A stretch of DNA of 64,000 bases from Bugula neritina (Eukaryota > Animalia > Bryozoa), in the NCBI GenBank assembly GCA_964035545.1, contig CAXIUT010000183.1, positions 1,364,001 to 1,428,000 on the forward strand, read 5' to 3'. The notes beneath the pieces are model-generated. The model saw nothing but the letters and a program-made list of their open reading frames with translations. It was not told the DNA's origin and searched no databases. A program made the translations under genes and the position numbers. Of the stretch, positions 16,301 through 32,699 are shown in pieces; position 1 is the stretch's first letter, and the number at the start of each line of letters is the position of its first letter.

Positions 16301-19300
16301 AACATACTGAAATATACTGCGACACCTAGCAATACACTGTAACATACTGAAATATGCTCTAGCACACTGAAATACAATGCAACACATTGAAATATACTGC
16401 AACATACCTAAATATACGGTAATATACTGAAATTTACTGTAACGCAATGCAAAATACTGCAACATACTGAAATACACTGCAACATACTACCACATATTGA
16501 AATACACTGCAACATATTGAAATACACTGCAACACATTGAAAAATACTGCAACATACTGAAATATACTGTAACACACTGAAATATACTGCAACATACTGA
16601 AATACACTGTAACATACTGAAATATACTGCAACATACTGAAATACACTGCTACATACTGAAATATACTGCAACATACTGCAACATACTGCAATACACTGT
16701 AACATACTGAAATACACTGCAATATACTACAACATATTGAAATACACTGCAACACATTGAAATACACTGCAACTTACCGAATATATGGTAAACTACTGAA
16801 ATATACTGTAACGCATTGAAAAATACTGCAACATACTGAAATATATTGCGACACATTGCAATATACTGTAACATACTGAAATATACTGTAACACACCGAA
16901 ATATACTGCATCATACTGAAATACACTGTAACATACTGAAATATACTGCAACATACTGAAATACACTGCTACATACTGCAACATACTGCAACATACTGCA
17001 ACATACTGAAATACACTGTAACATACTGAAATAAACTGCAACATACTACAACATATTGAAATACACTGCAACACATTGAAATATACTGCTACATACCTAA
17101 ATAAGCGGTAATATACTGAAATATACTGTAACACATTGAAAAAACTGCAACATACTGAAATACACTGCAACGCACTGAAATACACCGCAAAATACTACAA
17201 CATGCTGAAATACACTGTAACATATTGAAATCCACTGCAACACATTGAAATATACTGCAACATACCGAAATATATGGTAAACTAATGAAATATACTGTAA
17301 CACATTGAAAAATACCGCAACATACTGAAATATACTGCGACACATTGCAATATACTGTAACATATTGAAAAATGCTGTAGCACACTGAAATACACTGCAA
17401 CATCCTACAACATATATAAATACACTGTAACATATTGAAATACACTGCAAGAAATTGAAATAGACTGCAACATAACAAAATATATGGTAAACTACTGAAA
17501 TAGACTTTAACACATTGAAAAATACTGTAACATACAGAAATATACTGTAACACACTGAAATATACTGCAACATACTGAAATACACTGTAACATTCTGAAA
17601 TATACTGCAACGTACTGAAATACACTGCTACATACTGAAATATACTGCAACATACTGCAAAATACTGCAACATACTGAAATACACTGTAACATATTTAAG
17701 TACACTGCAACACATTGAAATATACTGCAACATGCCAAAATATATGGTAAACAACTGAAATATACTTTAACACATTGAAAAATACTGCAACATACTGAAA
17801 TATACTGCGACACTTTGCAATATACTGTAACATACCGAAATATGCTCTAGCACACTGAAATACACTGCAACTCACTGAAATATACTGCAACATACTGAAA
17901 TACACTGTGACATCCTGAAATATACTGCAACATTCTGAAATACACTGCTACATACTGAAATATACTGCAACATACTGCAACATACTGAAATACACTGCAA
18001 CATACTACAACATACTGAAATACGCTGCAACACATTGAAATATACTGCAACATACCTAAATATACGGTAATATACCGAAATATACTGTAACGCATTGCAA
18101 AATAATGCAACATACTGAAATACACTGCGACACACTGAAATACGCTGCAAAATACTACAACATACTGAAATAAACTGTAACACATTGAATTACACTGCAA
18201 TACATTGAAAAATAATGCAATATACTGAAATATACTGTAACACACTGAAATATACTGCAACATACTGAAATACACTGTAACAAACTGAAATATACTGTAA
18301 CATACTGCAACATACTGAAATACACTGTAACATACTGAGATACACTGCCGCATACTGCAACATATTGAACTACACTGCAACACATTGAAATATATTGCAA
18401 CTTATCGAATATATGGAAAACTACTGAAATTTACTGTAACGCATTGAAAAAGACTGCAACATACTGAAATATATTGCGACACATTGCAATATACTGTAAT
18501 ATACTGAAAAATGCTGTATCACACTGAAATATACTGCAATTCGCTGAAATATACTGCAACATACTGAAATACACCGCAACATCCTACAACATACTAACAT
18601 ACACTGTAACATTTCAAAATACACTGCAACACATTGAATTATACTGCAACATAACGAAATATATGGTAAACTACTGAATTATATTTTAACAAATTGAAAA
18701 ATACTGCAACATACTGAAATATACTGTAACACACTGAAGTATACTGCAACATACTGAAATACACTGTAACATACTGAAATATACTGCAACATACTGAAAT
18801 ACACCGCAACATCATACAACATACTGAAATACACTGTAACATATTGAAATACACTGCAACACATTGAAATATACTGCAACATACCGAAATATATGGTAAA
18901 CTACTGCAACACACTACAACATATTGAAATACACTGCAACACATTGAAATATACTGCAACATACCTAAATATACGGTAATATACTGAAATATACTGTAAC
19001 ACACCGAAATATACTGCAACATACTGAAATACACTGTAACATACTGAAATATACTGCAACATACTGAAATACACTGCTACATACTGAAATATACTGCAAC
19101 ATACTGAAATATACTGTAACACACTGAAGTACACTGCAACTCACTGAAATATACTGCAATATACTGAAATACACTGCAACATCCTACAAAATGCTGAAAT
19201 ACACTGTAACATATTGAAATACACTGCAACACATTGAAATATACTGCAACATACCGAAATATATGGTAAACTACTGAAATATACTGTAACACATTGAAAA

Positions 19301-22300
19301 AAACTGACATACTGAAATATACTGCGACACCTAGCAATATACTGTAACATACTGAAATCTGCTCTAGCACACTGAAATACAACGCAACTCACTGAAATAT
19401 ACTGCAACATACTGAAATACACTGCAACATCCCACAACATGCTGAAATACACTGTAACCTATTGAAATACACTGCAACACATTGAAATATACTGCAACAT
19501 GCCTAAATTTACGGTAATATAATGAAATATACTGTAACACACCGAAATATACTGCAACATACTGAAATACACTGTAACATACTGAAATATACTGCAACAT
19601 ACTGAAATACACTGCTACATACTGAAATATACTGCAACATACTGAAATACACTGAAATACACTGTAACATAATGAAATAAACTGCAACATACTACAACAT
19701 ATTGAAATACACTGCAACACATTGAGATATACTGCAACATACCTAAATATACGGTAATATACTGAAATATACTGTAACACATTGAAAAAACTGCAACATA
19801 CTGAAATACACTGCAACACACTGAAATACACCGCAAAATACTACAACATACTGAAATACTTTGTAACATATTGAAATACACTGCAACATACTACCACATA
19901 TTGAAATACACTGCAACACATTGAAATGTACTGCAACATACCGAAATATATGGTAAACTACTAAAATATACTGTAACACATTGAAAAATACTGCAACATA
20001 CTGAAATATACTGCGACACCTAGCAATATACTGTAACATACTGAAATATGCTCTAGCACACTGAAATACAATGCAACTTACTGAAATATACTGCAACATA
20101 CTGAAATACACTGCAACATCCTACAATATGCTGAAATACACAGTAACATATTGAAATACACTGCAACACTTTGAAATATACTGCAACATACCGAAATATA
20201 TGGTAAACTACTGCAACATACTACAACATACTGAAATACACTGCAACACATTGAAATATACTGCGACATACCTAAATATACGGTAATATACTGAAATATA
20301 CTGTAACACATTGAACAATACTGCAACATACTGAAATATACTGTAACACACCGAAATATACTGCAACATACTGAAATACACTGTAACATACTGAAATACA
20401 CCGCTACATACTGAAATATACTGCAACATACTGCAACATACTGAAATACACAGTAACATACTGAAATAAACTGCAACATACTACAACATATTGAAATACA
20501 CTGCAACACATTGAAATATACTGCAACATACCTAAATATACGGTAATATACTGAAATTCACTGTAACGCATTGCAAAATACTGCAACATACTGAAATTCA
20601 CTGCGACACACTGAAATACGCTGCAAAATACTGAAATACACTGTAACATACTGAAATATACTGCAACATACTGAAATACACTGCTACATACTGAAATTTA
20701 CTGCAACATACTGCAACATACTGCAATACACTGTAAAATACTGAAATACACTCCAACATACTACAACATATTGAAATACACTGCAACACATTGAAATACA
20801 CTGCAACTTACCGAATATATGGTAAACTACTGAAATATACTGTAACGCATTGAAAAGTACTGCAACATACTGGAATATATTGCGACACATTGCAATAAAC
20901 TGTAACATACTGAAAAATGCTGTAGCACACTGAAATACACTGCCATTCACTGAAATATACTGCAACATTCTGAAATACACCGCAACATCCTACAACATAC
21001 TGAAATACACTGTAACATATTGAAATACACTGCAACACATTGAAATATACTGCAACATAACGAAATATATGGTAAACTACTGAAATATATTTTAACACAT
21101 TGAAAAATACTGCAACATACTGAAATATACTGTAACACACTGAAGTACACTGCAACTCACTGAAATATACTGCAATATACTGAAATACACTGCAACATCC
21201 TACAAAATGCTGAAATACACTGTAACATATTGAAATATACTGCGACATCTAGCAATATACTGTAACATACTGAAATATGCTCTAGCACACTGAAATACAA
21301 TGTAACTCACTGAAATATACTGCAACATACTGAAATACACTGCAACATCCTACAACATGCTGAAATACACTGTAACATATTGAAATACACTGCAACACTT
21401 TGAAATATACTACAACATACCGAAATATATGGTAAACTACTGCAACACACTACAACATATTGAAATACACTGCAACACATTGAAATATACTGCAACATAC
21501 CTAAATATACGGTAATATACTGAAATATACTGTAACACACCGAAATATACTGCAACATACTGAAATACACTGTAACATACTGAAATATACTGCAACATAC
21601 TGAAATACACTGCTACATACTGAAATATACTGCAACATACTGCAACATACTGCAATACACTGTAACATACTGAAATACACTGCAATATACTACAACATAT
21701 TGAAATACACTGCAACACATTGAAATACACTGCAACTTACCGAATATATGGTAAACTACTGAAATATACTGTAACGCATTGAAAAATACTGCAACATACT
21801 GAAATATATTGCGACACATTGCAATATACTGTAACATACTGAAATATACTGTAACACACCGAAATATACTGCATCATACTGAAATACACTGTAACATACT
21901 GAAATATACTGCAACATACTGAAATACACTGCTACATACTGCAACATACTGCAACATACTGCAACATACTGAAATACACTGTAACATACTGAAATAAACT
22001 GCAACATACTACAACATATTGAAATACACTGCAACACTTTGAAATATACTGCTACATACCTAAATAAGCGGTAATATACTGAAATATACTGTAACACTTT
22101 GAAAAAACTGCAACATACTGAAATACACTGCAACGCACTGAAATACACCGCAAAATACTACAACATGCTGAAATACACTGTAACATATTGAAATCCACTG
22201 CAACACATTGAAATATACTGCAACATACCGAAATATATGGTAAACTAATGAAATATACTGTAACACATTGAAAAATACCGCAACATACTGAAATATACTG

Positions 22301-23017
22301 CGACACATTGCAATATACTGTAACATATTGAAAAATGCTGTAGCACACTGAAATACACTGCAACATCCTACAACATACCTAAATACACTGTAACATATTG
22401 AAATACACTGCAAGAAATTGAAATAGACTGCAACATAACAAAATATATGGTAAACTACTGAAATAGACTTTAACACATTGAAAAATACTGTAACATACAG
22501 AAATATACTGTAACACACTGAAATATACTGCAACATACTGAAATACACTGTAACATTCTGAAATATACTGCAACATACTGAAATACACTGCTACATACTG
22601 AAATATACTGCAACATACTGCAAAATACTGCAACATACTGAAATACACTGTAACATATTTAAGTACACTGCAACACATTGAAATATACTGCAACATGCCA
22701 AAATATATGGTAAACAACTGAAATATACTTTAACACATTGAAAAATACTGCAACATACTGAAATATACTGCGACACTTTGCAATATACTGTAACATACCG
22801 AAATATGCTCTAGCACACTGAAATACACTGCAACTCACTGAAATATACTGCAACATACTGAAATACACTGTGACATCCTGAAATATACTGCAACATTCTG
22901 AAATACACTGCTACATACTGAAATATACTGCAACATACTGCAACATACTGAAATACACTGCAACATACTACAACATACTGAAATACGCTGCAACACATTG
23001 AAATATACTGCAACATA
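8043..23017. repeat. Tandem duplication, lag 7481 bp (copies ~8043-15523 and ~15524-23004), near-identical
   Basis: Identical ORFs at constant offset (8088/15569, 10366/17847, 13203/20684, 15178/22659). Junction at ~15524-15536. Confidence 0.9.
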
Positions 23018-26000
23018 CCTAAATATACGGTAATATACCGAAATATACTGTAACGCATTGCAAAATAATGCAACATACTGAAATACACTGCGACACACTG
23101 AAATACGCTGCAAAATACTACAACATACTGAAATAAACTGTAACACATTGAATTACACTGCAATACATTGAAAAATAATGCAATATACTGAAATATACTG
23201 TAACACACTGAAATATACTGCAACATACTGAAATACACTGTAACAAACTGAAATATACTGTAACATACTGCAACATACTGAAATACACTGTAACATACTG
23301 AGATACACTGCCGCATACTGCAACATATTGAACTACACTGCAACACATTAAAATATATTGCAACTTATCGAATATATGGAAAACTACTGAAATTTACTGT
23401 AACGCATTGAAAAAGACTGCAACATACTGAAATATATTGCGACACATTGCAATATACTGTAATAGACTGAAAAATGCTGTATCACACTGAAATATACTGC
23501 AATTCGCTGAAATATACTGCAACATACTGAAATACACCGCAACATCCTACAACATACTAACATACACTGTAACATTTCAAAATACACTGCAACACATTGA
23601 ATTATACTGCAACATAACGAAATATATGGTAAACTACTGAATTATATTTTAACAAATTGAAAAATACTGCAATATACTGAAATATACTGTAACACACTGA
23701 AGTATACTGCAACATACTGAAATACACTGTAACATACTGAAATATACTGCAACATACTGAAATACACCGCAACATCATACAACATACTGAAATACACTGT
23801 AACATATTGAAATACACTGCAACACATTGAAATATACTGCAACATACCGAAATATATGGTAAACTACTGCAACACACTACAACATATTGAAATACACTGC
23901 AACACATTGAAATATACTGCAACATACCTAAATATACGGTAATACACTGAAATATACTGTAACACACCGAAATATACTGCAACATACTGAAATACACTGT
24001 AACATACTGAAATATACTGCAACATACTGAAATACACTGCTACATACTGAAATATACTGCAACATACTGAAATATACTGTAACACACTGAAGTACACTGC
24101 AACTCACTGAAATATACTGCAGTATACTGAAATACACTGCAACATCCTACAAAATGCTGAAATACACTGTAACATATTGAAATACACTGCAACACATTGA
24201 AATATACTGCAACATACCGAAATATATGGTAAACTACTGAAATATACTGTAACACATTGAAAAAAACTGACATACTGAAATATACTGCGACACCTAGCAA
24301 TATACTGTAACATACTGAAATCTGCTCTAGCACACTGAAATACAACGCAACTCACTGAAATATACTGCAACATACTGAAATACACTGCAACATCCTACAA
24401 CATGCTGAAATACACTGTAACCTATTGAAATACACTGCAACACATTGAAATATACTGCAACATGCCTAAATTTACGGTAATATAATGAAATATACTGTAA
24501 CACACCGAAATATACTGCAACATACTGAAATACACTGTAACATACTGAAATATACTGCAACATACTGAAATACACTGCTACATACTGAAATATACTGCAA
24601 CATACTGAAATACACTGAAATACACTGTAACATAATGAAATAAACTGCAACATACTACAACATATTGAAATACACTGCAACACATTGAGATATACTGCAA
24701 CATACCTAAATATACGGTAATATACTGAAATATACTGTAACACATTGAAAAAACTGCAACATACTGAAATACACTGCAACACACTGAAATACACCGCAAA
24801 ATACTACAACATACTGAAATACTTTGTAACATATTGAAATACACTGCAACATACTACCACATATTGAAATACACTGCAACACATTGAAATGTACTGCAAC
24901 ATACCGAAATATATGGTAAACTACTAAAATATACTGTAACACATTGAAAAATACTGCAACATACTGAAATATACTGCGACACCTAGCAATATACTGTAAC
25001 ATACTGAAATATGCTCTAGCACACTGAAATACAATGCAACTTACTGAAATATACTGCAACATACTGAAATACACTGCAACATCCTACAATATGCTGAAAT
25101 ACACAGTAACATATTGAAATACACTGCAACACTTTGAAATATACTGCAACATACCGAAATATATGGTAAACTACTGCAACATACTACAACATACTGAAAT
25201 ACACTGCAACACATTGAAATATACTGCGACATACCTAAATATACGGTAATATACTGAAATATACTGTAACACATTGAACAATACTGCAACATACTGAAAT
25301 ATACTGTAACACACCGAAATATACTGCAACATACTGAAATACACTGTAACATACTGAAATACACCGCTACATACTGAAATATACTGCAACATACTGCAAC
25401 ATACTGAAATACACAGTAACATACTGAAATAAACTGCAACATACTACAACATATTGAAATATACTGCAACATACCTAAATATACGGTAATATACTGAAAT
25501 TCACTGTAACGCATTGCAAAATACTGCAACATACTGAAATTCACTGCGACACACTGAAATACGCTGCAAAATACTGAAATACACTGTAACATACTGAAAT
25601 ATACTGCATAATACTGAAATACACTGCTACATACTGAAATTTACTGCAACATACTGCAACATACTGCAATACACTGTAAAATACTGAAATACACTCCAAC
25701 ATACTACAACATATTGAAATACACTGCAACACATTGAAATACACTGCAACTTACCGAATATATGGTAAACTACTGAAATATACTGTAACGCATTGAAAAG
25801 TACTGCAACATACTGAAATATATTGCGACACATTGCAATAAACTGTAACATACTGAAAAATGCTGTAGCACACTGAAATACACTGCCATTCACTGAAATA
25901 TACTGCAACATACTGAAATACACCGCAACATCCTACAACATACTGAATTACACTGTAACATATTGAAATACACTGCAACACATTGAAATATACTGCAACA

Positions 26001-26570
26001 TAACGAAATATATGGTAAACTACTGAAATATATTTTAACACATTGAAAAATACTGCAACATACTGAAATATACTGTAACACACTGAAGTACACTGCAACT
26101 CACTGAAATATACTGCAATATACTGAAATACACTGCAACATCCTACAAAATGCTGAAATACACTGTAACATATTGAAATATACTGCGACATCTAGCAATA
26201 TACTGTAACATACTGAAATATCCTCTAGCACACTGAAATACAATGTAACTCACTGAAATATACTGCAACATACTGAAATACACTGCAACATCCTACAACA
26301 TGCTGAAATACACTGTAACATATTGAAATACACTGCAACACTTTGAAATATACTGCAACATACCGAAATATATGGTAAACTACTGCAACACACTACAACA
26401 TATTGAAATACACTGCAACACATTGAAATATACTGCAACATACCTAAATATACGGTTATATACTGAAATATACTGTAACACACCGAAATATACTGCAACA
26501 TACTGAAATACACTGTAACATACTGAAATATACTGCAACATACTGAAATACACTGCTACATACTGAAATA
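16600..26570. repeat. Older higher-order repeat, lag 4963 bp (4943 after a 20-bp deletion near 25450)
   Basis: ORF offsets 16650/21613, 17847/22810, 20078/25041 (4963) and 20684/25627, 21307/26250 (4943), with scattered substitutions between copies. Also 9169/14132. Confidence 0.85.
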
Positions 26571-26689
26571 TACTGCAACATACTGAAATATACTGTAACA
26601 CACTGAAGTACACTGCAACTCACTGAAATATACTGCAATATACTGAAATACACTGCAACATCCTACAAAATGCTGAAATACACTGTAAC

Positions 26690-29600
26690 ATATTGAAATA
26701 CACTGCAACACATTGAAATATACTGCAACATACCGAAATATATGGTAAACTACTGAAATATACTGTAACACATTGAAAAAAACTGACATACTGAAATATA
26801 CTGCGACACCTAGCAATATACTGTAACATACTGAAATATGCTCTAGCACACTGAAATACAATGCAACTCACTGAAATATACTGCAACATACTGAAATACC
26901 CTGCAACATCCTACAACATGCTGAAATACACTGTAACATATTGAAATACACTGCAACACTTTGAAATATACTGCAACATACCGAAATATATGGTAAACTA
27001 CTGCAACACACTACAACATATTGAAATACACTGCAACACATTGAAATATACTGCAACATGCCTAAATTTACGGTAATATAATGAAATATACTGTAACACA
27101 CCGAAATATACTGCAACATACTGAAATACACTGTAACATACTGAAATATACTGCAACATACTGAAATACACTGCTACATACTGAAATATACTGCAACATA
27201 CTGCAACATACTGAAATACACTGTAACATAATGAAATAAACTGCAACATACTACAACATATTGAAATACACTGCAACACATTGAAATATACTGCAACATA
27301 CCTAAATATACTGTAACACATTGAAAAAACTGCAACATACTGAAATACACTGCAACACACTGAAATACACCGCAAAATACTACAACATACTGAAATACAC
27401 TGTAACATATTGAAATCCAGTGCAACACATTGAAATATACTGCAACATACCGAAGTATATGGTAAAATAATGAAATATACTGTAACACATTGAAAAACAC
27501 CGCAACATACTGAAATATACTGCGACACATTGCAATATACTGTAACATACTGAAATATGCTGTAGCACACTGAAATACACTGCAACATCCTACAACATAC
27601 TGAAATACACTGTAACATATTGAAATACACTGCAAGAAATTGAAATAGACTGCAACACAACAAAATATATGGTAAACTAGTGAAATAGACTTTAACACAT
27701 TGAAAAATACTGCAACATACAGAAATATACTGTAACACACTGAAATATACTGCAACATACTGAAATACACTGTAACATACTGAAATATACTGCAACATAC
27801 TGAAATACACTGCTACATACTGAAATATACTGCAACATACTGCAACATGCTGCAGCATACTGAAATACGCTGTAACATACTGAAATACACTGCAACATAC
27901 TACAACATATTGAAATACACTGCAACACATTGAAATGTACTGCAACATACCGAAATATACGGTAATATACTGAAATATACTGTAACACATTGAAAAATAC
28001 TGCAACATACTGAAATACACTGCAACACACTGAAACACACCGCAAAAAACTACAACATACTGAAATACGCTGTAACATATTAAAACATACTGCAACATAC
28101 TGCAACCTACTGAAATACACTGCAACACACTGAAATATACCGCAAAATACTACAACATACTGAAATACACTGTAACATATTGAAATACACTGCAACACAT
28201 TGAAATATACTGCAACATACCGAAATATATGGTAAACTAATGAAATATACTGTAACACATTGAAAAATACCGCAAAATACTGAAATATACTGCGACACAT
28301 TGCAATATACTGTAACATACTGAAATATGCTGTAGCACACTGAAATACACTGCAACATCCTACAACATACTGAAATACACTGTAACATATTGAAATACAC
28401 TGCAACACATTGAAATATACTGCAACATAACAAAATATATGGTAAACTACTGCAATAGACTTTAACACATTGAAAAATACTGCAACATACTGAAATATAC
28501 TGTCCCACACTGAAGTATACTGCAACATACTGAAATACACTGTAACATACTGAAATATACTGCAACATACTGAAATACACTGCTACATACTGAAATATAC
28601 TGCAACGTACTGCAACATACTCCAGCATACTGAAATACACTGTAACATACTGAAATACACTGCAACATACTACCACATATTGAAATACACTGCAACACAT
28701 TGAAATGTACTGCAACATACCGAAATATATCGTAAACTACTAAAATATACTGTAACATATTGAAAAATACTGCAACATACTGAAATATACTGCGACACCT
28801 AGCAATAAACTGTAACATACTGAAAAATGCTGTAGCACACTGAAATACACTGCCATTCACTGAAATATACTGCAACATACTGAAATACACCGCAACATCC
28901 TACAACATACTGAAATACACTGTAACATATTGAAATACACTGCAACACATTGAAATATACTGCAACATAACGAAATATATGGTAAACTACTGAAATATAT
29001 TTTAACACATCGAAAAATACTGCAACATACTGAAATATATTTTAACACATTGAAAAATACTGCAACATACTGAAATATACTGTAACACACTGAAGTACAC
29101 TGCAACTCACTGAAATATACTGCAATATACTGAAATACACTGCAACATTCTACAAAATGCTGAAATACACTGTAACATATTGAAATATACTGCGACACCT
29201 AGCAATATACTGTAACATACTGAAATATGCTCTAGCACACTGAAATACAATGTAACTCACTGAAATATACTACAACATACTGAAATTCACTGTAACATAT
29301 TGAAATACACTGCAACACATTGAAATATACTGCAACATACCGAAATATATGGTAAACTAATGAAATATACTGTAACACATTGAAAAATACCGCAACATAC
29401 TGAAATATACTGCGACACATTGCAATATACTGTAACATACTGAAATATGCTGTAGCACACTGAAATACACTGCAACATCCTACAACATACTGAAATACAC
29501 TGTAACATATTGAAATACACTGCAACACATTGAAATATACTGCAACATAACAAAATATATGGTAAACTACTGCAATAGACTTTAACACATTGAAAAATAC

Positions 29601-31120
29601 TGCAACATACTGAAATATACTGTCCCACACTGAAGTATACTGCAACATACTGAAATACACTGTAACATACTGAAATATACTGCAACATACTGAAATACAC
29701 TGCTACATACTGAAATATACTGCAACGTACTGCAACATACTCCAGCAAACTGAAATACACTGTAACATACTGAAATACACTGCAACATACTACCACATAT
29801 TGAAATACACTGCAACACATTGAAATATACTGCAACATACCGAAATATATGGTAAACTACTGAAATATACTGTAACACATTGAAAAAAACTGACATACTG
29901 AAATATACTGCGACACCTAGCAATATACTGTAACATACTGAAATATGCTCTAGCACACTGAAATACAATGCAACTCACTGAAATATACTGCAACATACTG
30001 AAATACACTGCAACATCCTACAACATGCTGAAATACACTGTAACATATTGAAATACACTGCAACACTTTGAAATATACTGCAACATACCGAAATATATGG
30101 TAAACTACTGCAACACACTACAACATATTGAAATACACTGCAACACATTGAAATATACTGCAACATGCCTAAATTTACGGTAATATAATGAAATATACTG
30201 TAACACACCGAAATATACTGCAACATACTGAAATACACTGTAACATACTGAAATATACTGCAACATACTGAAATACACTGCTACATACTGAAATATACTG
30301 CAACATACTGCAACATACTGAAATACACTGTAACATAATGAAATAAACTGCAACATACTACAACATATTGGAATACACTGCAACACATTGAAATATACTG
30401 CAACATACCTAAATATACTGTAACACATTGAAAAAACTGCAACATACTGAAATACACTGCAACACACTGAAATACACCGCAAAATACTACAACATACTGA
30501 AATACACTGTAACATATTGAAATCCAGTGCAACACATTGAAATATACTGCAACATACCGAAGTATATGGTAAACTAATGAAATATACTGTAACACATTGA
30601 AAAACACCGCAACATACTGAAATATACTGCGACACATTGCAATATACTGTAACATACTGAAATATGCTGTAGCACACTGAAATACACTGCAACATCCTAC
30701 AACATACTGAAATACACTGTAACATATTGAAATACACTGCAAGAAATTGAAATAGACTGCAACACAACAAAATATATGGTAAACTAGTGAAATAGACTTT
30801 AACACATTGAAAAATACTGCAACATACAGAAATATACTGTAACACACTGAAATATACTGCAACATACTGAAATACACTGTAACATACTGAAATATACTGC
30901 AACATACTGAAATACACTGCTACATACTGAAATATACTGCAACATACTGCAACATGCTGCAGCATACTGAAATACGCTGTAACATACTGAAATACACTGC
31001 AACATACTACAACATATTGAAATACACTGCAACACATTGAAATGTACTGCAACATACCGAAATATACGGTAATATACTGAAATATACTGTAACACATTGA
31101 AAAATACTGCAACATACTGA
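26690..31120. repeat. Partial duplication, lag 3107 bp (~26690-28010 vs ~29800-31120), with an internal 1120-bp-lag duplication (~28160-28700 vs ~29280-29820)
   Basis: ORF offsets 26868/29975, 26998/30105, 27174/30281 and 28462/29582. The rare variant tgtcccacac occurs at 28501 and 29621. Confidence 0.8.
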
Positions 31121-32699
31121 AATATACCGCGACACCTAGCAATATACTGTAACATACTGAAATATGCTCTAGCACACTGAAATACAATGCAACTCACTGA
31201 AATATACTGCAACATACTGAAATACACTGCAACATCCTACAACATGCTGAAATACACTGTAACATATTGAAATACACTGCAACACTTTGAAATATACTGC
31301 AACATACCGAAATATATGGTAAACTACTGCAACACACTACAACATATTGAAATACACTGCAACACATTGAAATATACTGCGACATACCTAAATATACGGT
31401 AATATACTGAAATATACTGTAACACATTGAAAAATACTGCAACATACTGAAATATACTGCAACACACTGAAACACACCGCAAAAAACTACAACATACTGA
31501 AATACACTGTAACATATTAAAACATACTGCAACATACTGCAACATACTGAAATACACTGCAACATACTACAACATATTGAAATACACTGCAACACATTGA
31601 AATGTACTGCAACATACCGAAATATACGGTAATATACTGAAATATACTGTAACACATTGAAAAATACTGCAACATACTGAAATACACTGCAACACACTGA
31701 AACACACCGCAAAAAACTACAACATACTGAAATACACTGTAACATATTAAAACATACTGCAACATACTGCAACATACTGAAATACACTGCAACACACTGA
31801 AATATACCGCAAAATACTACAACATACTGAAATACACTGTAACATATTGAAATACACTGCAACACATTGAAATATACTGCAACATACCGAAATATATGGT
31901 AAACTAATGAAATATACTGTAACACATTGAAAAATACCGCAAAATACTGAAATATACTGCGACACATTGCAATATACTGTAACATACTGAAATATGCTGT
32001 AGCACACTGAAATACACTGCAACATCCTACAACATACTGAAATACACTGTAACATATTGAAATACACTGCAACACATTGAAATATACTGCAACATAACAA
32101 AATATATGGTAAACTACTGCAATAGACTTTAACACATTGAAAAATACTGCAACATACTGAAATATACTGTAACACACTGAAATATACTGCAACATACTGA
32201 AATACACTGTAACATACTGAAATATACTGCAACATACTGAAATACACTGCTACATACTGAAATATACTGCAACATACTGCAACATACTGCAATACACTGT
32301 AAAATACTGAAATACACTGCAACATACTACAACATATTGAAATACACTGCAACACATTGAAATACACTGCAACTTACCGAATATATGGTAAACTACTGAA
32401 ATATACTGTAACGCATTGAAAAGTACTGCAACATACTGAAATATATTGCGACACATTGCAATAAACTGTAACATACTGAAAAATGCTGTAGCACACTGAA
32501 ATACACTGCCATTCACTGAAATATACTGCAACATACTGAAATACACCGCAACATCCTACAACATACTGAAATACACTGTAACATATTGAAATACACTGCA
32601 ACACATTGAAATATACTGCAACATACCGAAATATATCGTAAACTACTGAAATATACTGTAACACATTGAAAAAAACTGCAACATACTGAAATACACTGT

